Shown here: positions 63,246-64,000 of the stretch, piece by piece
Layout of the letters: each line of letters opens with the position of its first letter
How positions within the stretch are numbered: position 1 is the stretch's first letter
IMG/VR virus record: IMGVR_UViG_3300044630_006877
Origin: an uncultured virus (IMG/VR IMGVR_UViG_3300044630_006877)
Taxonomy: Duplodnaviria; Heunggongvirae; Uroviricota; Caudoviricetes
Strand: one strand, 5' to 3'
Length of the DNA stretch: 64,000 bases
Position numbers and translations under genes: made by a program
Notes under the pieces: generated by a model
What the model saw: only the letters and a program-made list of their open reading frames with translations
Database searches by the model: none
What the model was told of the DNA's origin: nothing

Positions 63246-64000
63246 ATGTTATACAATCCAAGCGGTTCAGTTTTAGTGGGCATTTTGCGGGCAGCATGGG
63301 CAGATATTTTGGGTGGGAATGAACGGGAAGCTTTTCAAAAAATAGCATTGATATCAATTGCAATAGAAAAGCAAATGAAGCTATTTGGTGAGACTGGAAT
63401 GCTACAAAAGAAATCAGAAGCCCTATCGGTGAAATTCTATATGGGGCAAAGTTATACGGACTATGCTAAGCAGTCAAAAGAGATAAGAGATAAGGGCAGA
63501 AAAGTATCATCGGTGTTACATCCGTATCAAGGCATAGATCCTATTGCAATTGATATGGCTGATGCAAGCTATCAAAATGTATTTGACTGCTTCACCGATA
63601 AAATTTTGGCCCATGCAAAAGCGCAAGCAAAAGCGCAAGCAAAAGGGGGGGAAGAATTCAAGCCCGTTGAATGCCCTTGTCCTTGGCGTGGGTTTGCCGA
63701 TGAAAACGCAAAAGATAGCATGGTGCTATCTTTTTATAAACTAAGGGCTGCCATAGCATTCTCGAATTATATTCGAGACCGAAAACGAAAAAATATTATT
63801 TTAAGCCAAATGGTTCTGCCGATCGAATTAAAGCCGGAACAAATTGCAATAGCTATAAAAAATGATATCAAAAGCAAAATAAAGTCTATTTTGCGGAAAA
63901 CAGATATCAATTTCATCAATGCATGGGCAGCCAATATATATACGGCTTCCAATAGAGCTGGCGGAGCAACTAAGGATATCACAAAACCACTAGAAGAGAT
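63246..64000 (+). CDS. hypothetical protein, truncated (>=251 aa), weak sigma-region-2-like motif
   Basis: Manually translated open frame MLYNPSGSVLVGILRAAW...TKPLEE with no stop before the window end. Confidence 0.7.
   Translation, partial: MLYNPSGSVLVGILRAAWADILGGNEREAFQKIALISIAIEKQMKLFGETGMLQKKSEALSVKFYMGQSYTDYAKQSKEIRDKGRKVSSVLHPYQGIDPIAIDMADASYQNVFDCFTDKILAHAKAQAKAQAKGGEEFKPVECPCPWRGFADENAKDSMVLSFYKLRAAIAFSNYIRDRKRKNIILSQMVLPIELKPEQIAIAIKNDIKSKIKSILRKTDINFINAWAANIYTASNRAGGATKDITKPLEE

Noticed and set aside
62825..63982. Short ORFs 62825-63181, 63044-63322, 63544-63744 and 63767-63982
   Set aside because: Low-complexity translations without RBS; the last three overlap the longer frame starting at 63246.
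1..64000. CRISPR array, tRNA or rRNA genes
   Set aside because: No regularly spaced repeat-spacer array or cloverleaf recognised by eye; tRNAscan-SE would be needed to exclude tRNAs formally.
1..64000. Stop-codon reassignment (seen in some large phages)
   Set aside because: Genes are long and intact under code 11, and TAA, TAG and TGA all end genes at sensible boundaries.

Overview
The window is the virion-morphogenesis (late) region of a large tailed dsDNA phage with siphovirus-like organisation (no tail sheath seen). It is encoded almost entirely on the minus strand. Reading right to left: sigma-70-type factor, probable small terminase, ERCC4-like nuclease, large terminase interrupted by a 400-aa intein (LAGLIDADG + AP2), portal, protease/scaffold, capsid decoration, major capsid protein, a ~20-kb block of fibre/LamG-lectin genes, head-tail joining genes, tail tube, chaperones, a 4258-aa tape measure protein (TMP), tail-tip genes, Cys-rich proteins and a glycosyltransferase. 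A degenerate 2OG-Fe(II) oxygenase lies on the plus strand. The right end is an AT-rich, palindrome-rich non-coding switch region followed by a truncated plus-strand ORF that the ORF track missed. Main candidates for new biology: (1) the TMP looks like a cargo-carrying polyprotein, with (F/Y/M)AxGG modules bracketing an HExxH zinc peptidase and an E1/E3-binding (PSBD)-like domain; (2) a polypeptide-GalNAc-transferase-like enzyme occurs together with mucin-like Thr tracts in virion proteins; (3) a single-box GGTGTA element precedes many late genes and is probably read by the encoded sigma factor. All family assignments come from motif recognition and synteny by eye, with no database searches. 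The host cannot be determined from this window.
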